Source: Lama glama | Lineage: Eukaryota | Assembly: GCA_028534125.1 (NCBI GenBank) | Contig: CM052816.1 | Location: forward strand, 42,472,001 to 42,536,000 | Direction: 5' to 3' | Length of the DNA stretch: 64,000 nt | In this document: positions 26,067-40,131 of the stretch, piece after piece | Layout of the letters: each line of letters begins with the position of its first letter | Position numbering within the stretch: position 1 is the first letter of the stretch | Notes under the pieces: model-generated | Database searches by the model: none | What the model was told of the DNA's origin: nothing | What the model saw: the letters and a program-made list of their open reading frames with translations, nothing else | Position numbers and translations under genes: made by a program

Positions 26067-26387
26067 TTAAAATGTTTTTTGGATTTTTTTTATTGAAGTA
26101 TAGTTAATTTACAATGTTGTGCTAGTTCCAGGTGTACAACAAAGTGATTCAATTATATACATGTATTTTTTTTCAGATTCTTTTCCATCATAGGTTATTA
26201 TAAGATAAGATATTGACTGTGGTTCCCTGTGCTGTACAGTAGGTCCTTGTTTATTTTATATATAGTAGTATGTATATGTTAATCTCAAACTCCTAATTTA
26301 AATCCCCCACTCCTAATTTAAATTCCCCCACTCCCTCCCCCCTTTATCCCCTTTGGTAACTATAAGCTTGTTTTCTGTATCTATGAG
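26067..26387 (-). mobile_element. 5'-truncated artiodactyl-type L1 3' end with target-site duplication
   Basis: TTTTTATTGAAGTATAGTTAATTTACAATGTTGTG...TTCCCTGTGCTGTACAGTAGGTCC. TA(C/T)AAAGAAATTATTT flanks it at 26051-26066 and 26388-26403. Internal 20-bp tandem duplication at 26289-26329. Confidence 0.85.
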
Positions 26388-27061
26388 TATAAAGAAATTA
26401 TTTATTCCATATGCTCTTTAATTTGGTTCTTCCAGATCTGCAGAGGAGTTTTCTTCTATGTGTAAGGCTGGATTCACTCACAAAGCAAAATAATAGATTT
26501 TGTGAAACTTAATGTCTCTCTTTTAAGGTAGCTTTGCATTACCCCTAAATTTCACATTCATGTTATTGTTCTAAACATATTATCAGCCTTTGACAAGAGC
26601 TGAGTGTATCTGAATACTTCAGGATCAGTTGTTTAATTTCCTGTGCTATTTTCTGCTTTAGCTCCATTTTTTTTAAACTGTTTTGTCCTGCCTGGATATA
26701 TATTTTTTACAGTGGTTAAAATATAATTATTGTATAGCCATTGGGTTCCCTATGAGTTGATGTTTTAAAGAGCAGAATAAAATGATTTCTTAAATAAAAG
26801 AATTATAACAAGTTCTTAAAATGGTATAGTACCTCTTCGAAAAAAGAAAGATCTGTCTTAAACTGTATCCCAGAATAAGTTATACTGTTTACTGTTTATT
26901 TGCACAGGAAAACAAGTTCAAGTGCCTGATATTTTCTTTAAGCTGTAGTACAAAACTAAAAAGTGATTCCCCCAAAAGCTATCAATTCTTATAGTTCTTA
27001 ATTCTCTAGCTTTCAGATGTTTCATATTTTATATAACTATTGTTAAGGAGGAGCAGAAGTG

Positions 27062-27295
27062 GCTAGCTGTATAGAGTGGTGGGCAAGAGCACAGTTCTTA
27101 AAATGAGACAGGCCAGGGTTTGAGTTCCAGATCACTTATTAACTATGTAACCTTAGGTGATTCACAGGATTTACTTGAAAAGTGGAAATAATAGTATCTG
27201 CCCCACAGGGGTGTTGTGAGAATTCCCAGAGGTGATAGTAAAAATTATTACACCAGCCTGACACATTTTAAGCAATCAATAAATAGTAACTAGGT
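27062..27295 (+). mobile_element. MIR, near full length
   Basis: AAGAGCACAG...GGGTTTGAGTTCCAG...TATGTAACCTTAGG...GTTGTGAGAATT...CCTGACACAT...TCAATAAATAGTAAC. Confidence 0.8.
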
Positions 27296-29149
27296 AGCTA
27301 TAATTGTTTCCTAAAACAATCCCACTTAAAGCAGTCACCTGACCCATCACCATTTATAGAAAGTTTTCTGGTTCTACAAATTTCCAAAATTATAGTTGAC
27401 TTTGGAATTTTTTTTAACACTATCTTTATCATGACTCATAATGCAGCTTAGGTAGCCAAATAAATCAAATGCCTATTGATTGATTTTAAATAATTCAAGA
27501 GTTAACTTTGAGTTGAGTCAAATCTCCATGATGGGTTCAGAAGGGAAGCTGAAAGTATTTCAAGTCCAACTCTAACATTAGGGAATAAAGTTAGAAAGAT
27601 CTCTCTAATGTGTTTCTTAGAGAAATCACTTTTTTCTAGGCCCAGAATACTACTTCTTATGTTTGTATATTGACAAAACCATTAGTGGTTAATAGAATAA
27701 AAGTAACCATAAATTTAATTTATCTACATGGATAAACAGTGTGTAAATAATCATGAGATGGGTATAACAACTTGTATAGAATAAGTTCTTTTTATTCATC
27801 TCCAAAGATGAACTTTGTTCCTTCTCTCCCACCCTAAAAGAATCATTTCAGAAACTAATATTACTCACTACAATTAAGATTTCTTAGTAAAATTACTTAG
27901 TAAGTTACATATTACTTTTATAGTCCTGATACATTGTGAGGAATAGTCCCTGGAAATAAGTGTATGTAGATCTCTTTGGTCATAGACCAGTTTTTGTTGT
28001 AGTAAAATTGGCTTACATAGTGGCAGATGTCAAGAATATAATTAAACTTCGGAGCATTTTAGTATTATCTCCACTTTTATTCTAAGCTTAAGAATGCCCT
28101 AAATTCCCTAAGAGATATAGAGGGGTAATTAAAGGAACTCTAAAAACAATGAACCAACTAAGAGTTTAATAGAATCTTTTGACTACAAAGTATCACCTTT
28201 ATCAACTGTTGAAGTATTTGTCAAAAGGGGTTTCCCTAGCTAGTTCCAGTCTGCATTGTGTGTCTGGGCTGGATATAGATACCAGATCACTATCTTACTT
28301 ATAATTCAGCTACTATTCAGTTAAAGCCAAAGTTACTTGATTTTCAAAAGAGCTACTTGGTGCAAATATTTAATTAAAACTAAAAATCAAAAGTTGAAGT
28401 CCTATTGAAACTCATTTGTAATGGAAATGTACTTAGTAAGTTAAATATTATTCTGAAACATGCCATATCATATTTGGCCACCTATAATTATGTTATCTTT
28501 TAAGATTGAATTGCATTAAAGTTTACAATGAGTTGAGATTATGTTTGTGCAGCTAAACTTAGGCTACAAAAATTTAGATGAAAACATGATTCAGACATTT
28601 GTTTATAATGGTACTGACTTTTAGAACTTATACATTAGAACATATAATGGTAACTTTCCCATTAACACAGTGATCAGAAGAGTAATAAGTGGTGTAGCGT
28701 TCTAGCTGGCTCCTCTTTTTGTAGTTTTTAAAATGTTTAAGAACTATAGCCTAGTGCCTAACATCTTGTCTAAAATTGGGATTAAAATTAATAAAGGATT
28801 TGAGATTCTCTTCTATATTTTTCTCTTCTAGGTTGTCAGATATTTTAAAGGAGTTTTTCAGTAACAGTGATCCTAGCTTGTCCTGTTCTGTCCTGAACCC
28901 ACAACTGTTCCATAGATGAGGGGTTTATTTTTTTAATGAAAAATGGTAATGCAAATATTTATATATGTTCCTTTGTTATGCATGGTCCTAATAGCAAAAA
29001 AAATTTTTTTTTATTTTTATTTAATCAGAAATTGAACTTTGGAAATTGTAATGATTTTATGAAATTTATTTTCCTTGGAAACAAAATGCCAAAAGAACTG
29101 AATGAGCAATTAAGTCCTTTTAAATGTTCAGCACTAGGAAGTAACTTGT

Positions 29150-29390
29150 TACAGAGGTAAGAGAAGTATTTGAGATTCAGAAATATTTGAGATTCAGAAG
29201 GCTGGATTTGAGGTTCAGCTCTGGTAACCACTAGTTTGGTGATTCTGAGCAATAAAGTTTGTTGAAGACAGTTTTATCTCCCTCTGAAATGGGGGATAAT
29301 GATGCCTTCTTAGCACCCAAGGCTGGTTTTAGGAGGCTCACCTGAGACAAGGATATAAAAATGCTCTGTACGTTACAAAACTGTGTAAAC
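29150..29390 (+). mobile_element. MIR remnant with 17-bp tandem duplication
   Basis: GGATTTGAGGTTCAGCTCTG...CAGTTTTATCTCCCTCTGAAATGGGGATAATGATGCC; TATTTGAGATTCAGAA repeated at 29167 and 29184. Confidence 0.65.
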
Positions 29391-31589
29391 ATACAAAAAA
29401 ATTATCATTTTTGTTGAGGAATCAAGCAATACAGATAGCTAGAAGTATAAATGTATCCAGAGGTTAGGTTCTAAATTCAGGTCATGAGGCAAAAGATTGG
29501 GTAATGTTAAAATTACTCTTGAAAATTCCCAAGTTGATGTAAAGCCTAGTTGTTTTGTTTCATCTAAACACCCCAAATTATAATGTGTATAGATGTATAC
29601 CACATATATAAATGCCAAAATGATTTTATAATACTTTTTATTATTCTGTAATACTTTTTTTAGCATAATGTAGATAATTACTCGTAAGTCAAAAGTCAAG
29701 TATATGTTAAACTCTTCTGTATCTTAACTAAGATTAAGACAATCTATGAAAAAAATACACCCCCAGTGTAGCAGCACCATAGGCACATAGACACAGGCAT
29801 CTGGAAAAACAGCAATTAATGGTAATTAACTCAAAGTGGGCATAGTTCAGAGTTTAGTGTTGTGTTTTGTTTGGCTAGAAAAAGGGTTTAACATTTTAAA
29901 ATTTGAATCCTTTCTCAGTTGGGAATTCATTCTCCAGGTATTCACCACTCCTTGTTGCTTTACACCCAGTCTCTTTCACATTTCCCTGCGTTGGGTCCTT
30001 AAAGACCTTGAGTCTTTGATTCCTGATTCACCCAAAGAAAGGCCTAGCTGAGGAAATTAATCTTAAGCTTAAATGTTGAGTGATTAGTATGGATTGGCAA
30101 AACAGTGTTTGGGAAGGGATGCCAGGTTGAAGGAACAACTAGGATGTAGAAATAGAGAGGAAATTGTTTACAAAACCAACAAACTAAAAAAGATTAATAC
30201 TGCACCACAGTTAGAAGTAAGATGAAACTGATTGATCCTGTAGACGCACAGCCTGTTTTTTATGTGGAGGAGTTTGTTTTGCCTTGATAGAATCTAGTGC
30301 AGGCTGTGTGACACGCTGAAGGTGGTATCTGAGAGAGCTTCTGCCAGCTATCCTAATGAGCAGCATTGGGAAGAAACTGAAGGAAAGGAGGAAGGCCTTT
30401 GTCTAGGTGCTTGATGATATGGGCCTGAAAATGCCTAGGAACTTTCAAAGTAGAGACTAAGCTTAATTTGAGGGAGTCTAGGGCTGATTGGCCACAGATA
30501 ATTACTGAGAACCCTGAGCACCTTTGCTTCATTTTTCTTTAGTGCCTGATATTCAAGCTTTCAGCACATTTTATCATTCTTTCTTGGGAATATCTGCTTA
30601 TCCCACCATCTCCTGTTTGCTCCACATGAAGTCTTACTTATTTAGGCCTTTATTACCAGAGTATTTCTAAATAAAATATCCCCTGGAGCTGATGTCTAAT
30701 CCTTTTCCCTAGCCCCAATTCATCTCTCTCTTTCTTACACATTACTGAAAGAGCTGCTTTCCCTGAAACACTTCTTTCAGCAACTCATTTTCTTATTCCA
30801 AAAATCAGAAGAGCCTCCAATTGTTTATCATGTCAAAGGAAAGAAGACTTAAAGGTCATCTCTAAAGGGATAATGGAGGGGATTAGGGCAAGGTTATTTC
30901 ACAGGGTGATAAACCTTTTGAAATTCTGAGGTCTGAAATTTAAATTACTGTCCTATTTATTCTGCAGTGGATAGAAGCTAAACTGAAGACAAATTTTGAG
31001 GTCAAGGAGAAATTAGACAGGGTTCACCAGGTCCAGTTCTCATCTTTTATGTTTTGTTTCACATATGAAAAGAGGTCTGTACACATACAGAGACCTACCC
31101 TCTGCCCACACAGTACCCATTTCTGTCTCCTTGTTTTTTTGCTTAGGGCACTCCTTTCCCCTGGAGTTTATCTTTTCAAAATTACTACTCAAGATCCTTC
31201 TTTTCCATAAACACTTTTCTTTTCTAGTATCTCTTGTAACCCATTCTTGTCTCTCTCTCTCTCTCTTTTTTTTCTTTTTGAGAATTCTCACTGTACCTGT
31301 CAGCAGTACTTAGCCTAGTATTTAGTCATTCTCAAATGCTCACCAACTAAAATATGAACTCTCTGGCAGGCCCCAAAGCTCTTGGTTCTCCTGCAGCAGA
31401 TGTGTGTGCAGCACAAGATGGTAGAAGAAAAACAGCATGGCAAAACAGGAAGATTGAGTCCTAGGTTCTGGTCCCACCTTAGTTAATGGGACACCTCACC
31501 CATAGTGATTGGGCAGGGGAGGGGAGTGCTGGGCATCAACCGTATTATCTCTGGATTCAGAATTCTGTGTTTCTAGCAGTGCATGATTA

Positions 31590-32215
31590 CCTAGTAGAAT
31601 ACGGTGATACGGTGAAGGGAGAGAAAGAAGAGACTGTAAGTTAAATTTAAGGTTGTGAGCCTGCAGAACCAAAAATATAGAAGCATTTTTGCCAGAAAAG
31701 TAAGAAAGAGGTGCCAGTTTGGTTGGGGGAGGGAGGTAGTTTAGTGTGTGCCAATTTTGTTGTCACTGAGAGTTTCTAATGCAAAATGTCCTAGGCAGGG
31801 ATAAGTTGCAGGTTGTGGAGAGATGGAGAGTTGAAGAATAGGAAAAGAGATGGAGAGTCATCACCAAATAGGCAGGGTGAGCCTCCAGGAAGGAGTAGAT
31901 CTAGAAAGAGGAAAGTGAAGGGCACTAGCTTTTGAAATGAAGGGCATGATCCAAGAGCTAGGAGGACTGGTATCCCCAAGTGTAAGGAAGCTGTGATGTC
32001 CAGTGGAGAAGGCAGCAATTTGAAAATTGAGAAAAGTGAGCATTTGTTTGACCAAGAATTGGTGAACTTGATAGAGAAGTTCAAATTCCAGTGGTGAGCT
32101 GAAGAAGACAGACTCTGGGTTGCGAGGAGGCAGGGAGGAAAGTGTAACCAGCCTCAGAGGAGATGTTCAGTGTTTGTGATTTGAAGAGAGAGCAGGAGAC
32201 AGGGCTGATTGAAAT
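31590..32215 (-). mobile_element. L2 remnant
   Basis: Purine-rich strand with reverse-L2 phrases (GATGGAGAGTCATCA, GGTGAACTTGATAGAGAAGTTCA, CCAGTGGTGAGCTGAAG). Confidence 0.6.
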
Positions 32216-33709
32216 ACTGTAAAACCTACAACTTGGACCTGTGTTACTTAAATTGTAGGGCCACCTACTTCCACATGTAGGGGACCTCCCTATGGCTTCT
32301 ATAGTCAAGCTGCCATTGCTTCAGGAAGAGGTTTAGCTGTGGAAGGTAGATTTGGGTGAAGTTTTCTCCCTCTAAGGAAATTCAAGTTAGCATTAATCTA
32401 TATTTTATATTTTCATAAAAGATCATGAATTAGGATAAATTGCTTCCAAAAAAAGTTTTAAAATTTCAAGCATCACCTTTTATATCTTTCCTTTTTAAAA
32501 AAACTACTTCTCCCATACCAAGAAATGAATTTGTCACCCAGTAGTTCTTTGATTTCTGCTAAGTCTAAAGTTAAATGATCTTTTTATGGCGGTAGAACAA
32601 TGATAATAGTATCTATTATGTTTTCTCCAAGAAGATGCCTATCCATGTTTATAAATAATAATAGAATGGTTAATGCTACCACTTGATTTTATATTTAGAT
32701 GATTTATCTTTTAAAGAAGTACTTACCCTTTCCTTATTTCTCTTTATTATAGTCCTAATTAGTAAACTTTGAAATTTGCAGAGAAGTTTTGGGAAGTAGT
32801 AGTTAATGTGCAGTGGCTGAGGGAGGATCATATGGGTGCCTCTGTATCTTCACTTGAGGTAGAGATGAGACCAGAAACCACTGCTTTTGTTTTTGTGTAT
32901 TAGATTTGGATATGAGGGTGTGAAGAATGGTTTACAGACTGATGCATCACTATTAAATGTTACCCAAATCTGATTTCCTATGAATTTCTGTTAGCAATTT
33001 GGGAAAGTGTTCCCATAGAAAACAGACTGGTGACTTGGGACACAGGAAATCATGCCTGAGACTATGGGAGATATTTACAATTATAGCTTTTCTTCTAAAT
33101 AGACAGTTCTATGAGAAAATATTAAAATTATGAAGAGGATAGAGCTCATAGTAAAACAAAACATTGTTCTAGAAATTATATTCTCCTGGTGTGAGAATCT
33201 TGTGAGAAAATTGTTAACCTTCTGACCATCAACTAAAAACTAATCTCTGGTAAAATGGGAGAACATGGAAACCACAGTTCGTTCTCAAAAATTTTAATTT
33301 TATATTTTTAGCATCCTGTTAGAGTTCTGCAAGGTTGGTTTATTTCTCCTTTACCTCTACTCCTTTTAAAAACATCAAGTAACTAAGCAAGAATATTTTT
33401 TTTATGTAACATTGAATTGGTACACTAACCATTTTTTTGCCAAATCATGTCAGTCATTTTCAAGAACCCATTGAGCTACACTGCCAAAAGATAAGTTTCG
33501 GTTGTGTGATTCAGAGAAATGTCAACAGTGTGATATCATTAATTATGGCATCTTAATATAATGACATAGAAACCAAAGTATGTAATGAAAAGGTTTTCAC
33601 AGACTATAGTACTGACCAAATGCATAGATTTATTTAAAGTTTAAACTTTTAGTTCTGTGTCACAGTAACCAAGGTTGACCTGTTTTTTTCTTAATGTTTC
33701 TTTTAATAG

Positions 33710-33757
33710 AATTTAATTCCTTTTCGACCTTCAATTCAGTTCCAGGGGCTCCAAGGG
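33710..33757 (+). CDS. ELL2: ELL2 coding exon 2 (codons 50-65, NLIPFRPSIQFQGLQG)
   Basis: T-rich tract ending TAG at 33707-33709, 48 nt open in phase 0, donor GGG|GTGAGT. Continues the ELL2 peptide from exon 1. Confidence 0.96.
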
Positions 33758-34232
33758 GTGAGTACTCTTATTGATTTAAAGAAAATCTAATCTTCTTACA
33801 CACTATTATATTTAACACTTAAAATTTGTTTTCACTTGTGCCTCTTAATATAATGTCACTCATACTTTGTGAACTTTGTGACTATAGTTTAATTTTATTT
33901 GAAAATAATTCAAATATAGTTATTCAGTAGTTTTTTTCCCCAAATCATAGATAATTGTTTTTTAACTTTTTATGGAAGTGTAACATGTATCATAGTATTA
34001 TGAGATTATGTTTTGTTTACAACAATTAAGCAATCATAAACAATTATTAATTTCAGGCCAGTTATGATTATGATTGTTGTTAATGTTAACAAAGTTTTGC
34101 TGTCTGTAGACTTAATTACTTCGATTGTACATACTAGGAAATGAGATGTATAAATAGAAAATTGACTTTTTCAAGTACATAGAATAAACAAAGTGTTCTG
34201 TCTATTTTATTGCTGACTTTAAAAGTATAATA

Positions 34233-34343
34233 GCAGGGACATTATAATTCAGTGGTAGAGTGCATGCTTAGCATGCACAAGGTCCTGGGTTCAATCCTCA
34301 GTACCTCTGTTAAAAAATAAATGAATAAATTTTATTTTATTTT
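34233..34343 (+). mobile_element. tRNA-Ala(AGC)-derived SINE (Vic-1-like) with 11-bp target-site duplication
   Basis: TCAGTGGTAGAGTGCATGCTTAGCATGCACAAGGTCCTGGGTTCAATCC, B box at 34288-34297, AT-rich tail. AAAGTATAATA flanks it at 34222-34232 and 34344-34354. Confidence 0.9.
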
Positions 34344-34430
34344 AAAGTATAATAAATGATAAATCCTAATAAAATACACAAATGAATCTTATGTTTATAA
34401 TAGATGATAAACTTTACAGGAGTAGTGTCT

Positions 34431-34532
34431 CTTTTATTTTTAATATTTTAATGTGTTAATATTGTATTATTAAATATTATTAAAATATTGCTTACTATTT
34501 TTAATATTACTATTTAATATTAATAAAATAAA
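34431..34532. repeat. AT-rich low-complexity tract
   Basis: About 100 bp almost entirely A/T with recurring TAATATT. Confidence 0.7.
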
Positions 34533-37500
34533 TGGTAGACTCAGTTATTCCTTCACTTAATGTGCAGTTCTGAATTTGTCTCTATAAACTGGCAAGAGTA
34601 TGGAGATCTGGAATATCTGTAAATGGATTTTAGTACTATAGAGGAAAGGCAACCTGGTGGGGAAGATCATATTCCTGCTTATTATAAATCTGCATACTTG
34701 TGAAGTTTTATTATGTCACAAAATATAAAAAAAATCAATGTAAATAAGTACAGGCTTTCTAAACTTTATAACTCAAAAACATTTCAAGAGTCAAGAGATA
34801 TAACTGTATCATTCAGCACCAACTAAGAGTAATTCTAAATCTTGTGGAATGCTAACTTGAAGGAGATGTTTGTGTGTGGATGTCAGAACTTTGCTTCTAC
34901 ATGATAGCCTTACAATGAAGTCCTTTTTATTCTACCCCCAGTAACTGAGTGCTCATGAATGGGATCTTAAATGGAACAAGTATTCTTCTGGATTTTGTTT
35001 TATAGCTTTTTAGGTAGTCTTTATAAAACACATGATGATTCTATTTTTGAGGTATTAGTTTCAGTTGTTTACTTAAGGCTTCTTGAGTTTCCTTACAAAT
35101 TTAAATGGCATCTGAAGGGTTGTTCCAGAGGCAGCCTGGGTTCAAGAGCTCTGCAGGGCTACAGTAAAGGGTTATCTGGGCAGACAGGGCAGTACCTAGG
35201 GGAAGAGGGTAAGATTTGAGATGCTTTTCCCTCACTAGCAGTTGACACTTGGTTTGGTGTCTGCTACTTCCCTTAATTCTGTCATTCTCCTGGTCGGGAC
35301 ATGGAAGCCAGGGAAGTGCAAGTGAAGGACATTATCTTAGGAGGCACCATGTTAGACTGAATAATGAGGAACCATTATGTGCAGGCTTCCAGACTCTTAA
35401 TTCAGATGCATGCAGCATTTAGCAGTCTTAGAAGGAATATGGTTTTCTCTGGCATACCTGTTGCCCCCCAGGCCCTAGGCACCACTGCAAAGCAGGCAAT
35501 TTCTATTTGAAAACTTGGACCTCCTTTTCTGAAATCTCCTACCTCCTTCCCCCAAACTTTCCCATCTCCTGTGTCCAAGCTTCCCCAGTTTATCTTTGCA
35601 AGCTCCATTCTCTTACAGCTCCATTCTTTCCCTGAGTATAGTCCACTGATATAAGTAATTTAGATATAAATGACTGATAGGTTTAAATCTTAATGGGTAT
35701 TTGAGTTGTAACAGATAAGTTTTTTAAGCAAATGAATGGTTATTGGATTTGGTAGAGTATCAGTGTCAGGGGAGAGTGGTGCAGAATGAGAGCTCTGGGA
35801 TACTTGGCCCTACCTTGCTTATTCTGGGTTCTGTCTTCTCCATCCCCGCCACCCCCCACCGCAGTCCCCTTTTTATTATTCTAACTGAGAACAAAATATA
35901 TGGACTCAGCATTGTTTCAGAGCCTGCAGCTGCATTCCATCTACCCCTCCCCCCTTCTCTTTGCAGAGCTCTCACCAGCCCTTTGGGACTTAGTAAAAAC
36001 AAAGAGTCATTACAGGGGAGAGAGTGGGTTGGCACAGCCCACAGGGAATACGCAGGGCCACAAATGTGAGGGTCTTCTGTACAGTGTTCTTCTGTTTTTT
36101 CTTGAGAGCCATGATAATTTAACATTGCCTATGCTGATTGCTTTAAAAACTGAAGAAGTACACTTAAGGGTTTTCCTGTGTGGAAAACGTTTAGGACTTT
36201 AAAATGGAAAGTTTAAATTTAGATTTCCCACAAAAGATAGTTTTTCTTAATGAGAAATTTTAGTTGTCTTTTAATACAGTGTTTCAGAAACTTAGAAAGT
36301 TTTCCTAGAAAGAATTCGGCAAATCCAACAAATTTACAGTCTTTACATCAAACGTGATTGAAAATATACATTAACTCTTATGATAGTGTCCTATGTAGGC
36401 ATATTTGAAACATAACTGAAGTATTGTTAACATATCATTTTAAAAGTGAACATTTATTAAGATTATTTTCTATTTCCCTGTTGCTAAGCACTGCATGGTT
36501 ATGCTGTTCCTTGATACTAATTCTAGAATTTTTTCCCACTCAGTAATGTCTTTAGAAAGTCAGACTTTGGGTCTTGGCAGGTTGGCTTTTGTGCCTGAAC
36601 ATGTTCTTTTAAAGTTTTCTTCTTAAAAAAATGCAGACTAGAACATGAAAAAAGTATAGCAATATGCTGTAAAAGAGTAAAAATTCTGAGAATCATTGAT
36701 TACCTGGATTTTTATTATCACAGTTGGGCAGCAGCTTTTATAGCATAGAAAAATGTAAATTTCACACTTCATCTCATCGCTTTCCCTTAGTGGAAGGGGT
36801 TACTCAGGAAATACAATGGTCATTGAAGGCATTTCAGAAAAGACAAGGAAATATCTATGGGAGCAGTTGCTTGTGTTTTCTAAGCTGATGAATATCAGGA
36901 GCTGAATATATCAGCCAAAAGTACCTTGTTGACTTTTAAGAATATGGCTCAACAGATTATCCTCATAGTTCCAATCCATCCCGAGGATACTCATAACTAA
37001 AGGTTTAACTAGGGTTATACATTTCTATAACCATTCTAACTGAACAGGAAAGGTAGCTGGTAAGATTCACATGGCTGCAGTTTTGAGGTTATCAAATTAC
37101 AACATTCAGAGGGTGTATTGCACGTGGTTTCCAAAAGCTGCATCTTTTTTTTGTCAAGTAAGCTTTTATACAAGTCAGGTTAGTTATATTTTAATTGGAT
37201 ACTGAAAATGTGGCAGGTGAAAATTTTCCCGAAATGTACGTTCCAGTACAATTTTAAAAACTAACTCCTCTGTATTTTTACGTTAGTTGAAAATTTCTTC
37301 TCTGAAGACACACAGCTGATGAGAGACAGAGCTGTAACTATAGTCTAGGTCTTCATACTGCCAGGGAAAGTTCTCCCCACTATACTGCACAACTTTAAAA
37401 GGAGAGTGCTGGAAGCAGGTTAACTCAGTATTTTCAAATAATGGTGGTTGTTACTGATGCAATTATCTACTGACATAATGATTCAATAAACTATAAACAG

Positions 37501-37789
37501 GTGCTTAATCAATGGATGTGCCAATAGGTTTATTGTTCTTTTTGTGTCTTACTTACTGAACATTCTTTCAGCCCTTACCGGTGCCAAGTACTTTCTAAGT
37601 GCTTAGTGGGCAAAGATACAGGGATGGGTAAGTCATGGGCTTTGCCCTCAGGGAACTCAGAGTCTGACCAACATATATAGACTAATACTCAGGAAAGAAT
37701 AATGTAGGACTTACTAGAATCTTCCTCTCAGAACTGCCATAGAAACAAGGGACTCTCAGGAACAATGGTATGAATTATGGTATGAATCT

Positions 37790-37870
37790 GCCTTTTTTTT
37801 TTTCTTTTATTCTTTTCGGGGGTTTTTTTGTTTGTTTGCTTGTTTTTTGTTTTTTGTTTTTTGTTTTTTT
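37790..37870. repeat. T-rich / (TTTG)n low-complexity tract
   Basis: Runs of T interrupted by G or C. Confidence 0.7.
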
Positions 37871-40131
37871 AATTTGCCTTTTAAACAAAGATTTCAGTAG
37901 ATGCAAAATATTATGTCCTGGACATAGGTATGTGAAATATCAGAAGGCCTACTAAAGTCTGTGTACACACACATATACAAAAAGGTAGATCTGTGGTCTG
38001 TTTATAATTCAGATAAAATCTGAAATGGCAAGGTTTTCAACAGCAAATGGCCACATCAGTTGGCGTGTGGCAGCCTTGCAGAGTGGACTTGCCTGTGGCA
38101 TCAGGGACTCATGTCCAGGGAATGATTGTCCCAGGGCAATAAGAAATAATGTTAACTTTGCCACAGTAAATAGGATTCCAGACCTCAGTATTAACTCAGT
38201 AGTTGTTATGAGAATGTTATTCCAAAATTCTAATTAAATTGCTTGCTTCAGACTCAGCAGTCCAAAAGGCTTTAGAAAACAGAAGTTTGTTTTGCACATA
38301 TAATTTAGAAATTAATCTTAAGATGAGGACTGAAAATAGAAAATATTTTCTGTAAGTACCATGTTGCATCTGCTATAAAATACTGAATCACATATCCTTT
38401 TTCGGGAATGAGCAAGGAACAGCCAGCCAAACAGGTTTTAAATGTATGCCTTCCAAAGAGGCACAGTGACCTTCTGAAGATGAAATCAGCATTTCACTGC
38501 TAACTTTAAAGGCTTGAATAGTCTTATAAAATTTTTGCAGTAGAGCCATTAAATCTAAAGAACAAAGGGTTGGATTTTTCTCTTTTTTCCTTCAAATTTA
38601 GCAAAGCATTCAGAAATATTTTGTTAATTATTTATTTTCCTTTTTAGGGGCTGGGGAGCAGATTGGACTTGAAAAACTAAATTATACAGTATTTGAAATT
38701 AGTAGGCAATTTCAACCCACCTGCAAATGCTTCCCGCAGACTACCCTTCTCTAATCTACTTGATACCTGGGAAGCAAAGATAACTATCTGCTTGAAGCAG
38801 CAGCAGAGATAAAAATAAATTCCCAGCACTGGCATTCCTTCTTAGATGATATGCCTGCACTCTGCTTTCCCCTGCTGTTTTTGGTTTGGCTAGTCCACTG
38901 GTTTTGCCAACAGTTGTGTTTAGTCAGTCTGCTCAAAGGTTGCTGACTAACAGCTACCTTTATACATTCAGCTCTGAATGTAATTAATACTAGAGGATGT
39001 TAAAATTAAATTCTTTTGTAATGGCAGTTCTGTTTTAATTTTTTAGAATATTACAGGGGCTGACATGTTGATAACACTTTAATATTTGCATCGAATTATA
39101 ACCCTTTAACCACATGTTAATTTACTATGGTATTTATCAATAGTAAATTACCTAATTTGAAAGAAATACTTAACTTTGATATAGATCAAAGATTATATTA
39201 TATAATTTTTGTATGATATATAGTATTTAGCATATACAATCATATATATATGTGAATGTCATATTTGGTCAGGGTATGGGCTGACATTCTGGAAATTTGA
39301 ATCATACTTTGAAGCTATTATAAATTGATCAACTTCTCTATTCTACGTTGCCACATACCTCTGCTCTCCTTTTCTTTCTGGATAAGAACTACCTGCGGGA
39401 TTTCTAAATAAGGAGAGCGGAGAGTTAAACTCACATTATGGCCAGATACCACTCCAGGCACCAGTGACATAAAGGAGACCCAGCCCACCCCCTGCCCTGT
39501 AAGAGTGCAGAATGGTAAGGGTGAGAGGGTGACTTTGACTGTAAGTTTCTTCAGGCACCACAAACAATCTCAAAGTATGCCACACAGGCTCCAGTGTAGG
39601 CTATAGCAGGACAGGCCTTCCAAAGATCACAAAGAAGTTGAAGACAAAATCATCCTGGTCTGTCCTTCAAGCTGCAATCACTTTGGAAAGCAGCTATTGG
39701 AACTGTGATTGAACTCTGAACTTGCTACAAATATCATAAATTGCATTCTTAGTATTCAGTCAAGCTTACTGTATTCATTCAAAAAGCGTTTATGAATATC
39801 TGCTATGTACCAGGTACCATGGTAGACTGTGTAGACAAAAGTAAATAGGACCTTGAAATGCCAGCTCTTTTTCCCAACACCATTGATTTGTCAATAAAAT
39901 CGGCCACTGATGGCTTTGCCTTTTTGTTCCCCAGCAAAAACTAAAACTTGTGAAATTGAGTTGTCTTTGTTACATTGTCACTTATTTAAGCTTGGAAAAT
40001 AATCATCTTTAACCATTCTATAACACCTACAGTTCTTATACCCACCTCATCCCTAAATTGGAACCATGAGCATTATTTAAATATCTTTTGACCTCTTACT
40101 ATATGCAAGGCCCTACCCTTATAAGAACTTT

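Noticed and set aside
34236..34308. tRNA-Ala(AGC) genes here and at the three similar loci
   Set aside because: Disrupted stems, A-rich tails and target-site duplications identify them as SINEs.
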